Source: Octopus bimaculoides
Taxonomy: Eukaryota
Reading direction: 5' to 3'
Assembly (NCBI RefSeq): GCF_001194135.2
Contig: NC_068983.1
Location: 134,704,712 to 134,752,572 of the forward strand
Length of the DNA: 47,861 nt
The first letter of the stretch is position 1, and the number at the start of each line of letters is the position of its first letter. A program made the translations under genes and the position numbers. Positions 1 to 9,887 of the stretch are shown here, piece by piece. The notes under the pieces were generated by a model. The model was not told the DNA's origin. It worked only from the letters and a program-made list of their open reading frames with translations, and did no database searches.

Positions 1-116
1 CTGATAGAATAAGTACTAGACTTCCAAAGAATAAGTCCTGGGGTCGATTTGCTCGACTAAAGGCGGTGCTCCAGCATGGCCGCAGTCAAATGGCTGAAAC
101 AATTAAAAGAGTAAAA
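1..116 (+). mobile_element. SINE family A, 3' part
   Basis: gatagaataagtactag...ggggtcgatttgctcgactaaaggcggtgctccagcatggccgcag; the reverse complement recurs at ~5870-5960 and ~23130-23240. Confidence 0.75.
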
Positions 117-173
117 GATACACACACACACACACACACACACATACACACATACACATATATATATGTATAT

Positions 174-1014
174 ACTACATATGTGGGAAATTCTGTCTGT
201 GGGTGTGTTTGTGGAGTTGTTAGCTAACTCCTCCTACATCGTTTTATCGATTTTGATGAAACTTGACACGTGAGTAGAACTCATGTCTGGAAACCTCATG
301 GCATACTCAGATTGCTGAAAAAAAATCGATAATAAGGTCTCTGGAAGGGATCCTTATGTATAATCAAGGGAAATAACCCATTCATTTTCCTAAATTAATG
401 AGACAGACATTGAGTATGCTTATTTCTTAGTATTTGAACTGTTAAGAGTTATTTTCGCAATCTATCCAGTACAACCCTTAAACAAAGAAATTGTATTTCC
501 CTAAACAATAGATCCACTTATTTCGGTTAGTGCCTTATTCATAAATATACCAATGCTAGCGCCGCTGAGGGTAATATTCTCTGGGAATGCACAAAAGCCC
601 TTTTCAGTTATTTACTTTGAATTGCTATTATCTCATATTTGATTAGCCTGTTATTACGTAACAGGCTTCACGATTTTAGTATACATACCTTATTGGTATT
701 TCCTCCTATGTTCTATATACTCTGGGAACGCATTAAAGCCCTTTTCGGGGCTACTTTATTTGAATTCTTACTATCAGGTAACTAATTTCATGTTATTATA
801 TAACTGACTTCACAATTTTGGTATTTATAACTTATTGGGAATTCCTAAAAACAAGATCCTGTGTAAGACAGTTCAGTATTCTCTGTAAATGCACAAAAAC
901 CGTTTTAAGGGCTACATACTTTGTATTGTTGTTATTGTATTAGAGAAACAATTATGAGAACGGAGCCAAGGAATAAGCCCTGATTCCCCTGGGATTACCG
1001 CATACGTCAAATAG
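174..1014 (+). mobile_element. Interspersed repeat copy 1, Helitron-like non-autonomous element (class inferred)
   Basis: Collinear with 20500-21362 over ~800 bp. Sits in (TA)n, starts ctacatatgtgggaaattctgtctgt, contains tcgattttgatgaaactt, has internal ~150-bp tandem units, ends aaatagt (degenerate CTAGT?). No TIR or TSD seen. Confidence 0.55.
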
Positions 1015-1015
1015 T

Positions 1016-1240
1016 ATATATATATACATATATATATGTATATATACATACATATACACTATACATGCTTATACATGTGTGTGTGTGTGTGTGTGTGAGT
1101 GTGTGTATGTATACACACGCACGCACAAATACACCAGGTTTCGAGTTTCTTTTCGTATGTATACCTTTCTGTCTTTCTCACCAGCTCGTATGCTGTGTGA
1201 GTGCGCGCACGCCAGTATATGCGTATGTGTGTTTGTATGA

Positions 1241-1292
<52 letters not shown>

Positions 1293-1330
1293 ATCTATTT
1301 CCATGAATATATGTATTTTACGTATATACA
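1016..1330. repeat. Compound (TA)n/(TG)n microsatellites
   Basis: Directly visible; source of the CVCV/HTHT ORFs. Confidence 0.95.
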
Positions 1331-2021
1331 CATGTATACGCGTACTTCTGCTTGCAACTGTTATCGACAAATATTATTTCCGGTGAACTATTCAGACTTT
1401 CATAGACGACACATCACATTCGCACAACCCCACACCCACAAACACAAACACCTTGTCTCTGCACTTACTCACTTTTATACACGCACCTAGCAACCACTTC
1501 TCTCAAAACTACCACAAGCAAACCAATATCCATACAGCCGATATTGAAAGCAAATTACCAGAAGTTAGATCCATTACCATGACATTTAGCCGTTTCAGTC
1601 TTTATATTTATCTATATCTTTTATTTATCTGCTTAATTAATTAGTGCGTCATCACTTAGCGTACCCGATTCCTCATCAATGCCTCAATGTCTGTCTCACT
1701 GTATCAGTACTTGGTCACCTACCTTTGTATAGCGAAACATCTGTGTATCTCCGACTACACGCGATACACATTTACACCTTTAAACCAGATAATGACACTC
1801 GTACACCCGTCAACACATGCACCCACAACTTCTATCTAATTAACAACCCACTACTCCAATACTCCTGCAACCTCTTCTATCCCCCGTCAATAACTATCTC
1901 TTATTATTATAATTATCGCTTATATTCATATAAAATTATATTTCCTATACTCAACAAAAGCTATGATGGCATGTCCCAGTCTGAGGAATCAAAGGATGAA
2001 ATTGTCGGTCATTTGGATATA

Positions 2022-2239
2022 TATTTTTCTACTCTAGGCACAAGGCCCGAAAGTTTTGGGGGAGGGGGCCAGTCGATTAGATCGACCCCAGTACACAACT
2101 AGTACTTAATTTATCGACCCCGAAAGGATGAAAGGCAAAGTCGACCTCGGCGGAATTTGAACTCAGAACATTAAGACAGACGAAATACCGCTAAGCATTT
2201 CGCCCGACGTGCTAACGTTTCTGCCAGCTCGCCGCCTTA
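2022..2239 (-). mobile_element. SINE family B (short, tRNA-like head)
   Basis: Reverse complement starts taaggcggcgagctggcagaaacgttagcacg; same family at 14019-14422 and 31735-31927. Confidence 0.85.
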
Positions 2240-3078
2240 GTCGTTTGGATGTATTGAATTTTTCAATTCTCGAAATAGATCTTACTTTACATACAGTGTT
2301 GAGTTCTTCTTTTCCTAGCGGTATGTGTACACAGTGTTCAAACCATACACTTCTATCCATACACATGTACGCACACACTGACATATACATAAACACATAC
2401 AGGCATACATACTTATGAATTACATTTTTTGCGTCATTTTATCCCTCTCTTCTTCACCTAATCATTTCTTGACTCTTTCCCTTTCTCGTCTTCATTACTC
2501 CTTCCTCTTTTCTTCTATTCTCTTTTTACCCGTTCTTTCTCTCTCTAATATTTATACTACACCACAATGCTTTACTGTTTTCTCATAAGCCTCCTTTCCA
2601 CAACGTGCTCTCTATTTTTTATTCTGTTCACATTGATATTCACCTTGTTTTCGCTTTCTCTTTACGTTGTAGTACTAATGTTCGAATTTTGACCATTTCT
2701 TTTCCTTACGCATTACCACACATTGCCGATTTGGTCTCTACTATCTTCAGTCAAAATATTTTAATATTCTAACTGTATACAATGTCTGTTATTTATTCTG
2801 CTGGTCTCTGCAGAATATTAATAACTAAACAAACGGTCTAAATTGTCGTACATAATTTATTTTCATACTTTTAGCATATTCTCATGCACATGTTGCCTTC
2901 TTGACTCACTATGCCGAAGGCACATTGCCTCCCGATTTGTTATTCAGCCATATCGTTGCTAAGCCTTTCCTGGGTAGATTTTAAAATGTAGTGATACGTT
3001 GAAGCCAGCGGTCTTGTTGTTAATGTTACCGAAACTGTAAAACTTCAGTCAACAAATGATGAAGATGCATATGAATAT

Positions 3079-3669
3079 ATAATGTTTGTTTCCACTTCAA
3101 CATGGCTGTTCCATACGGAGTAATGTTACTACATTTTTTTAAACCCCAGGACGACACCTCCTCCAGCTGGTTAACGACGCAAAACCTGTGTCCGATATAT
3201 TGCAAGTGAGGGAACCCCCACCCCCACCCCATCCCATCCTGTGGTGATAGGACCAGAAGACCAGAACTGGTTTTAGTGTCTTACCCTTCCTCAGTATTCG
3301 ACACCCGTCTGCTAGAAATGGCAGTCGTTCGTTCCAGTTCACAATGCATAAATAAATAAGCGACATTCAACCGCTGATTTTACAACAAGCAAAGTAACTA
3401 GTTCTGAAATTCCTATAAGTGATGCAAGTAGTAACTCTACTAATATCAGGGTCTTGTCCTTTCACTGCTGGATGGAAGGGGTTCGCTCCCTTGCTCGCGA
3501 TATATCGGGCACAGGTTTTATGTCGTTAACCAGCTGCAGGAGGTGTCCCCTTTGGAGTAAAAAAGAGTAGTAACATTGTTCCGTGTGGAACAGCCATGTT
3601 GAAGTGGCAACAAACATTATTTTTCAGTAGAGTTACTACTTGCATCTCTTATAGAGAATTTAGATCTAG
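3079..3669. repeat. Nested inverted duplication
   Basis: 3079-3216 matches the reverse complement of 3481-3620; 3398-3441 matches the reverse complement of 3626-3669. Confidence 0.85.
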
Positions 3670-3987
3670 CTGCTGACCTTGAAATCGTTTCGATATATGA
3701 CAGAACTTTTTCAAAACAAATTTTTCATTTCTTTGTTCATTCCCTCGATTTTAGCGCGTGTGTATATTTGATAAAGTAGCTTAAGGCCTTTGGCGTCTAT
3801 TTACAGCTTGTGGCTTTACTTCTCGTAATTGCCCTTAATATAATATAATATAATATAGTATATATATANNNNNNNNNNNNNNNNNNNATATGAAGTAAAC
3901 ACAAATGGACGTTGTCAACATTTATTCTAGGCCAGCTAATGTTATCTATGTCCAGGTCGATGTTTAAAATATTACCTGTTTAAAATT

Positions 3988-4061
3988 TTACATGATGATG
4001 GTAGATTGTAATCTTTTATGACTGCATCAAATAAAATAAAATACTACCGAAACGCTTGTAA
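3988..4061 (+). ncRNA. Degenerate type I hammerhead-ribozyme-like motif (Penelope pLTR type)
   Basis: TTAC-(A)TGATGA-T-GGTAG...CTACC-GAAAC-GCTT-GTAA: stem I TTAC/GTAA, stem II GGTAG/CTACC; core lesions (C3 to A, stem III altered). Confidence 0.4.
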
Positions 4062-4329
4062 CTTTTAAACAACATTTGTGTTTAGTTTTTATACCCTCTA
4101 ATGACCCATCCCCGACTCGGATCAATGGTTTAAATTCGATTTATGCAACTGTTAATCCTGACATGTTTTCTTCTGTCTCCGTTTTTTATACCTCTCTCCA
4201 TCTGTTTTCTCGTCTCATTCAAATCTGTAGAAGAGCGTAGACTCGAAACGTAAAAGACTCTTCCACTTTTCCTGAGCGTCAAATTACTTTGCATGGATAT
4301 GTTAGTAGAAAGCTCCGAAATGATAGTAA

Positions 4330-5215
4330 CATTGATCATAGACCAATAGCCGGATTACTTCCTCCCACTTTGAAGGGTATGCGTTTACAATCCAAGAACA
4401 GGAAATATCAACCAAGTACATGATGCACAAAAGGGATAGCGATGCAAGAAAATCAGTAGAATCTGACAACGGATGCAGACTTTATGGAGTTAACATCAAA
4501 GATATCATCGACAGTTATTTGAAAATGTCATCACGGTAATATCTACCGATGAGACATGATGTTGTAGCTAGGACACTCTATAATGAAATACGTAGGAAAG
4601 AAAAGCCCGAGAACAAATGTATGGTAGAAGTCAGCCACTCATAATAAAAAGGAGTTCTGGTAGAATGCCCCAGTGAAGACCTCAATAAAATGTAAGCACA
4701 GCAGACCTGATATAATGATTTGGGATAGAGAAGAGAAACTGTGTACAGTTGTAGAAATTAGCTGCCCAGCGGATGTTAACATAAAGCTGAAGATCAGTGA
4801 AAAAGAGAATACTTACGCTGAACTATTGAGAAATCTGCAGTTACTCTATACAGATTACATGTTCAGGTTTATACCTGTAATTATTGGGACCCTGGGATAT
4901 GTAACACACTGCCTAAATACCAATCTTGAGAAATTAGGCTTCCCAAAACCAGAAAAGAGAAAGCTAATTCGAAGACTACAGATCCAATCCATCACTGGAA
5001 ATGTAAAAATCTGTAAAACTTTCCAGAAGTTTATCATTTAAATATATATGAGCATGTCTAGATATGTAAGTATATGCATGAGAATACATACATACATACA
5101 AATACCCTGTTGTTGATGTTGAAATTCCAATGAAGGAGCTTTGGATCTAGGTTAGAAACTGGCTCTTTCTCTATTGGCAAGAAATCTTGAAATAAAACTG
5201 AACAATGACACATAA
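4330..5215 (+). mobile_element. R4/Dong-like RLE non-LTR retrotransposon, 5'-truncated 3' fragment
   Basis: FEGYAFTIQEQEISTKY and RPDIMIWD...VEISCP...KENTY (PD-(D/E)xK-type RLE motif); frameshifted; (TACA) run in the 3' region; collinear with 37290-38510. Confidence 0.85.
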
Positions 5216-5358
5216 GTACATGTATNNNNNNNNNNTATATATATATATATATATGTATGTGTGTATGTATATATTCAATATCTACTTAAAAATGGATGTC
5301 TTAGAACACAAAATACTGCAAATGTTTACCATTAGAGAACTTTGCATATAGACTTTTG

Positions 5359-5629
5359 GTGCATATAAACACTCTTGTTATACCACTAGCGGGAGATAAA
5401 CAAATGACATCGCCGTCACCAGGACTACCAGATCATGTGATTTCAGCCTTCTTTGGTAGACACCCGACAGCTGGATATAGCAGCGACTCCTCTGCTAGCG
5501 ATATACACAAAATTACGGTGCTGAATCAGATACTGGTGTCGCAAGTAGCCAGAGGGCTTTAATGCTGACAGCAGCGATAGATGTTGATTGTCTTCTGCTA
5601 GCAGTATAAACAAGAGTGCTTATATGCAC
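5359..5629. mobile_element. Old MITE/foldback-like element
   Basis: gtgcatataaacactcttgttatac (5359) is inverted at gtataaacaagagtgcttatatgcac (to 5629); weaker similarity continues inward; no TSD resolved. Confidence 0.5.
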
Positions 5630-5806
5630 TGCACATCCACATGAGAAGGTATCTCATGGTAACTATTGCTGGATTCTAATACAACATCCATTTTTAGGTG
5701 GTGATAAATATCACCTTTTAGTATTAATACAGCCTCTGTCACTATCAATAATACATACATGCATACATATATATATATATATAAACACACACACATGCAT
5801 ATACAT

Positions 5807-5848
<42 letters not shown>

Positions 5849-5849
5849 T

Positions 5850-6110
5850 ATTCTTTTACTCGTTTTAGTAATTTAATTGTGGTCATGCTGCAGGGCCGCC
5901 TTTAGTCGAACAAATCGACCCAGTACTTATTCTTTGTAAGCCTAGTACTTATTCCATCAACCCTTTTGCCGAACCGCTAGGTTACGTTGACGTAAACACA
6001 CCAACATCGGTTGTTAAGCGATGGTAGGGTGACAAAAGACATACAAATACACACACACACACTCAAACGCGCGCGCCCGCACACACACGCACATATATAT
6101 ATATATATAT
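5850..6110 (-). mobile_element. SINE family A, 3' half ending in its internal microsatellite
   Basis: Reverse complement of the motifs at 1-116, followed by (CA)/(TA) run. Confidence 0.75.
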
Positions 6111-7161
6111 ATAAGGGACGACCGTGCGAACTCATAAAAGGAGAAATGGTGACGAATGGAAAAACAGAGGACTCCTTTTATTTAAACGTGTCACACGGTC
6201 GAACACACAATTATATATCGATGGATGATATATATGATATGTTATGCGACGATAACATAGATGACCAGTAATGAAAGACCACAACCGTATAAGATGAATA
6301 ACTGAGATATTTATTGTAGTGTTAAAGATGTATGTCTGTGTGAGAGTGTGNNNNNNNNNNNNNNNNNNNNNNNNNNNNNNNNNNNNNNNNNNNNNNNNNN
6401 NNNNNNNNNNNNNNNNNNNNNNNNNNNNNNNNNNNNNNNNNNNNNNNNNNNNNNNNNNNNNNNNNNNNNNNNNNNNNNNNNNNNNNNNNNNNNNNNNNNN
6501 NNNNNNNNNNNNNNNNNNNNNNNNNNNNNNNNNNNNNNNNNNNNNNNNNNNNNNNNNNNNNNNNNNNNNNNNNNNNNNNNNNNNNNNNNNNNNNNNNNNN
6601 NNNNNNNNNNNNNNNNNNNNNNNNNNNNNNNNNNNNNNNNNNNNNNNNNNNNNNNNNNNNNNNNNNNNNNNNNNNNNNNNNNNNNNNNNNNNNNNNNNNN
6701 NNNNNNNNNNNNNNNNNNNNNNNNNNNNNNNNNNNNNNNNNNNNNNNNNNNNNNNNNNNNNNNNNNNNNNNNNNNNNNNNNNNNNNNNNNNNNNNNNNNN
6801 NNNNNNNNNNNNNNNNNNNNNNNNNNNNNNNNNNNNNNNNNNNNNNNNNNNNNNNNNNNNNNNNNNNNNNNNNNNNNNNNNNNNNNNNNNNNNNNNNNNN
6901 NNNNNNNNNNNNNNNNNNNNNNNNNNNNNNNNNNNNNNNNNNNNNNNNNNNNNNNNNNNNNNNNNNNNNNNNNNNNNNNNNNNNNNNNNNNNNNNNNNNN
7001 NNNNNNNNNNNNNNNNNNNNNNNNNNNNNNNNNNNNNNNNNNNNNNNNNNNNNNNNNNGGAACAGTCTCTGAGAGAAACTGGACCGAGACAAATTATTGG
7101 GTATGAGTTAAAGCTATTTATAACAAACTATGGGCTCCCGAAGGCTTCAGAATTTTACTCT

Positions 7162-7259
7162 ATCACGTGACCTTATTAGGGGCCGTGATTGGTCAGTTTG
7201 CGTTCTGGCGGGAACGGTTCGAAGAAGTTGCCGATTCGAATAATGATCAGTCACGTGAT
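7162..7259 (+). promoter_or_regulatory. Candidate promoter motif cluster
   Basis: ATCACGTGAC (7162) and GTCACGTGAT (7250) E-box/CLEAR-like sites, inverted CCAAT (ATTGG 7188), GGCGGGAA E2F-like site (~7207), CpG-rich; 50-150 bp upstream of the candidate ATG. Confidence 0.4.
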
Positions 7260-7306
7260 GGACAAGGAATGGGTTCTCTAATACGCTCGCATTTATTTAT
7301 ATTTAA

Positions 7307-7358
7307 ATGAGAAGATTGTATGTAATGGCGATAGTAGTTTTGTATCTAGTGACGATAG
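7307..7358 (+). CDS. Candidate exon 1 of an unknown secreted or type II membrane protein (MRRLYVMAIVVLYLVTI)
   Basis: In-frame TAA immediately upstream; basic n-region plus hydrophobic core; phase-1 donor TAG|GTAGTT (only moderate). Confidence 0.4.
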
Positions 7359-7367
7359 GTAGTTTCA

Positions 7368-7500
7368 CTACATATATATACGACGGGCTTGTTTTTGTTT
7401 CTACTTCCAAAGGTTTGGTCGAGTCTATAGTAGAAGACACTTACCCAAGGTGTCACGCAGTGGGACTGAACTCCGAACCATGTGGTTGGGAAGCAACACC
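7368..7500 (-). mobile_element. SINE family A, 5' head half
   Basis: atatacgacgggctt...gaagacacttacccaaggtgtcacgcagtgggactgaac, same as 23340-23410. Confidence 0.75.
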
Positions 7501-8288
7501 TTTCCAATTTAGATACGTATACATTGGTTGAGCTGGTCTCTTAAAATAAGATAAAATAAAATAAAATAAAATAAAATAAAACAGAAAATAACCTATAAGC
7601 GGAAGGGTAGAACTCTGTGTCTGGAAGAGAAATCTATTAATTTTCTATGACATTTATTTCTGAGAATGTCACAATAATAATGTTTTGTGCTTTTTCAATC
7701 TGTATGAAACCAGTACAAGTTTCTACTATAACATACTTAGTCTGCACAGCAAAGGAATTCTACTTAAGTGATATATTGTATCTGCTTGCTCATGATTTAT
7801 CTCAATACAATTAGAGAGCAATGTTTACATTAGGTGGGGTTATATTTTGTGAGCAGGTATACTGGATGGAAGGCTGATAACAGACTAGGTCATACACCGC
7901 GTTTTCTATTTACCTTCTTCATCTCGTTCAACTACAAGCCGTTATCTAAAGAAACAACCGGCTCTGGTCCTTCTTGACTATTTCTAACACCGCATAAAAT
8001 GCTGGTTGTTAAACGGGGTGGAAACAACAACCACAACTTAATGAAGGAGTGAAGGGAATTTCAGCGCTGATTTCATTCTTTCTATTGATTTTTACATAAC
8101 TCATATCATAATTTGTTTAGTAGACACTGTGTGTCGTATTCATTTAGCAATGCTTTCTGTATTAATGAATCTATTTCGATTTGTTTTTGTTGATATTTTA
8201 TCGATGATGATGATAAAAATAATAATTACAATGGTTATGTCGTAGCTGTGGTTGTTGTTACTCAATTCGTTATCCAATCAGTTCTCAG

Positions 8289-8354
8289 GATCATATTACC
8301 GTTGGCAGTCATACTGGATTCAATACATAAAAAATGATAAATTGACTGGAATGG
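8289..8354 (+). CDS. Candidate exon 2 ((G)SYYRWQSYWIQYIKNDKLTGM)
   Basis: ttctcag| acceptor, perfect G|GTAAGT donor, 66 bp phase 1-1; the other two frames contain stops. Confidence 0.5.
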
Positions 8355-8753
8355 GTAAGTACTGAATTTAGTTACTAACTTTATATACATATATATATAT
8401 ATATATATANNNNNNNNNNNNNNNNNNNNNNNNNNNNNNNNNNNNNNNNNNNNNNNNNNNNNNNNNNNNNNNNNNNNNNNNNNNNNNNNNNNNNNNNNNN
8501 NNNNNNNNNNNNNNNNNNNNNNNNNNNNNNNNNNNNNNNNNNNNNNNNNNNNNNNNNNNNNNNNNNNNNNNNNNNNNNNNNNNNNNNNNNNNNNNNNNNN
8601 NNNNNNNNNNNNNNNNNNNNNNNNNNNNNNNNNNNNNNNNNNNNNNNNNNNNNNNNNNNNNNNNNNNGTGTGTATATATATATATATTATACACACACAC
8701 TCACACACATGTGTGTATATGCCTATCTATCTATCTATTTATTTGTATGTATA

Positions 8754-8935
8754 TACAAGGGGGTTACTGAAAAGTTCCTGACTTTGGGTAAAAGAAAATA
8801 TAGGAAGATCAGTTAATTATGATTTCATTCAACATATTCTCCTCTCAGATTCACACACTTCAGTTTTTCTAAGCCCTGTAAAAGAACAGGGAAGGTTGGG
8901 CCTACAGCCAGGCCTTTCGCGACACCCTTAAAACC
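8754..8935 (-). mobile_element. Mariner 3' end fragment
   Basis: TA + caagggggttactgaaaagttcctg TIR-like end; minus strand encodes VLLQGLEKLKCVNLRGEYVE*, a mariner C-terminus. Confidence 0.7.
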
Positions 8936-8950
8936 TTTTAGCATCTCCTT

Positions 8951-8985
<35 letters not shown>

Positions 8986-9085
8986 GAGGTTTGTACATTT
9001 TACACTAGTCGAGTAATTTGCCAGCAAACCAATTTCCATGATCCGATTTACTAATCGTGATTGTAATCATTTTCCTTATTTCCAG

Positions 9086-9214
9086 TTGCACCTCCATCCC
9101 ACAAGAAAGTCATGACAAACACCACACAATCAAATATCACTTCCGCTATAAATCTTAAGTCTTTGGAGAAATCAATATATTCCCTCGTGCAATGTTCTGT
9201 ACCATGGCGCGACG
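9086..9214 (+). CDS. Candidate exon 3 ((V)APPSHKKVMTNTTQSNITSAINLKSLEKSIYSLVQCSVPWRD)
   Basis: Branch-point-like TACTAAT at 9049, ttttccttatttccag acceptor, G|GTAAAC donor, 129 bp phase 1-1; only that frame is open; two NxT sequons. Confidence 0.5.
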
Positions 9215-9502
9215 GTAAACGTTCAGCTAATTAAGTTCCTGATCTGGTTTCAATTCGCATGTCAAAACTTTTTGCATTATTTGCGTCGTTAAGCTCCATT
9301 GGGAAAAGCATGAATGCCATAGCGGCCCATCTTTCTTTTTACTAAACGTCAAGCCTTTTGTTTTTGTATGAAATCAATGTTGGCTTAACTTTGAGTTTTG
9401 ATCGCAATAAGCGGATTTTACAGTGTGTGTGTGAGACTGTGTCCATATACACCCAGCCATACATATCTACACGCCAACATGCATACGTATATACACACAT
9501 GT

Positions 9503-9538
<36 letters not shown>

Positions 9539-9798
9539 GCGAGTAAAAATAAGTACAAAAAAGGGGGGGTTTGTATGATTGTGTATAGAGGAATATATTA
9601 TTTTGTTTAAAAGAGTTCCAACACTATCTGTTTTTTATGTTTTATTTATATTCCTGCAAAACCAATGTGAGATATAGAATATGGAATATACAATATATAA
9701 TATAATATACAATATATAATATAAAATAAAAATGGATGGTACTATGAAATAAAGTATTGAATGTCTTATTGAATATATGGAATATGTCTTATTGAATA

Positions 9799-9887
9799 GA
9801 TGAAATATTGAGTGTTCAATATAAAGGATTAAATATATAAAGGCTTTATATATTTAATCCTTTATATTGAACACTCAATATTTCATC
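9799..9887. repeat. Perfect palindrome abutting a gap
   Basis: 44-bp arms (9799-9842 and 9844-9887) with a 1-nt spacer. Confidence 0.9.

Noticed and set aside
1059-1490. ORFs rich in CV, HT, YIHT, ER or LS repeats (here and at ~9.4, 11.0, 12.9, 35.4, 38.5 and 41.6 kb)
   Set aside because: Translations of di- and tetranucleotide microsatellites; no coding signal.
1644-2102. 152-aa ORF with GTG start
   Set aside because: Low-complexity composition, runs into a SINE, no recognisable motif or convincing splice pair.
3026-3062. GAAACTG...CAGTC followed by TGATGA, a possible type II hammerhead
   Set aside because: Stem III pairs, but there is no stem I and C3 is missing.
6319-7170. Long ORFs full of X (also 8.3, 9.9, 24.5, 30.7, 37.5, 44.7 and 45.8 kb)
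   Set aside because: They are open only because they cross N gaps.
9170-9214. Assignment of the candidate gene to phospholipase A2 or ST8Sia on VQCSVPWRD
   Set aside because: No YGCYCG/CCxxHD or sialylmotif (CAVVGNGG) exon found in the readable sequence, and the W-x-x-N pattern is not met.
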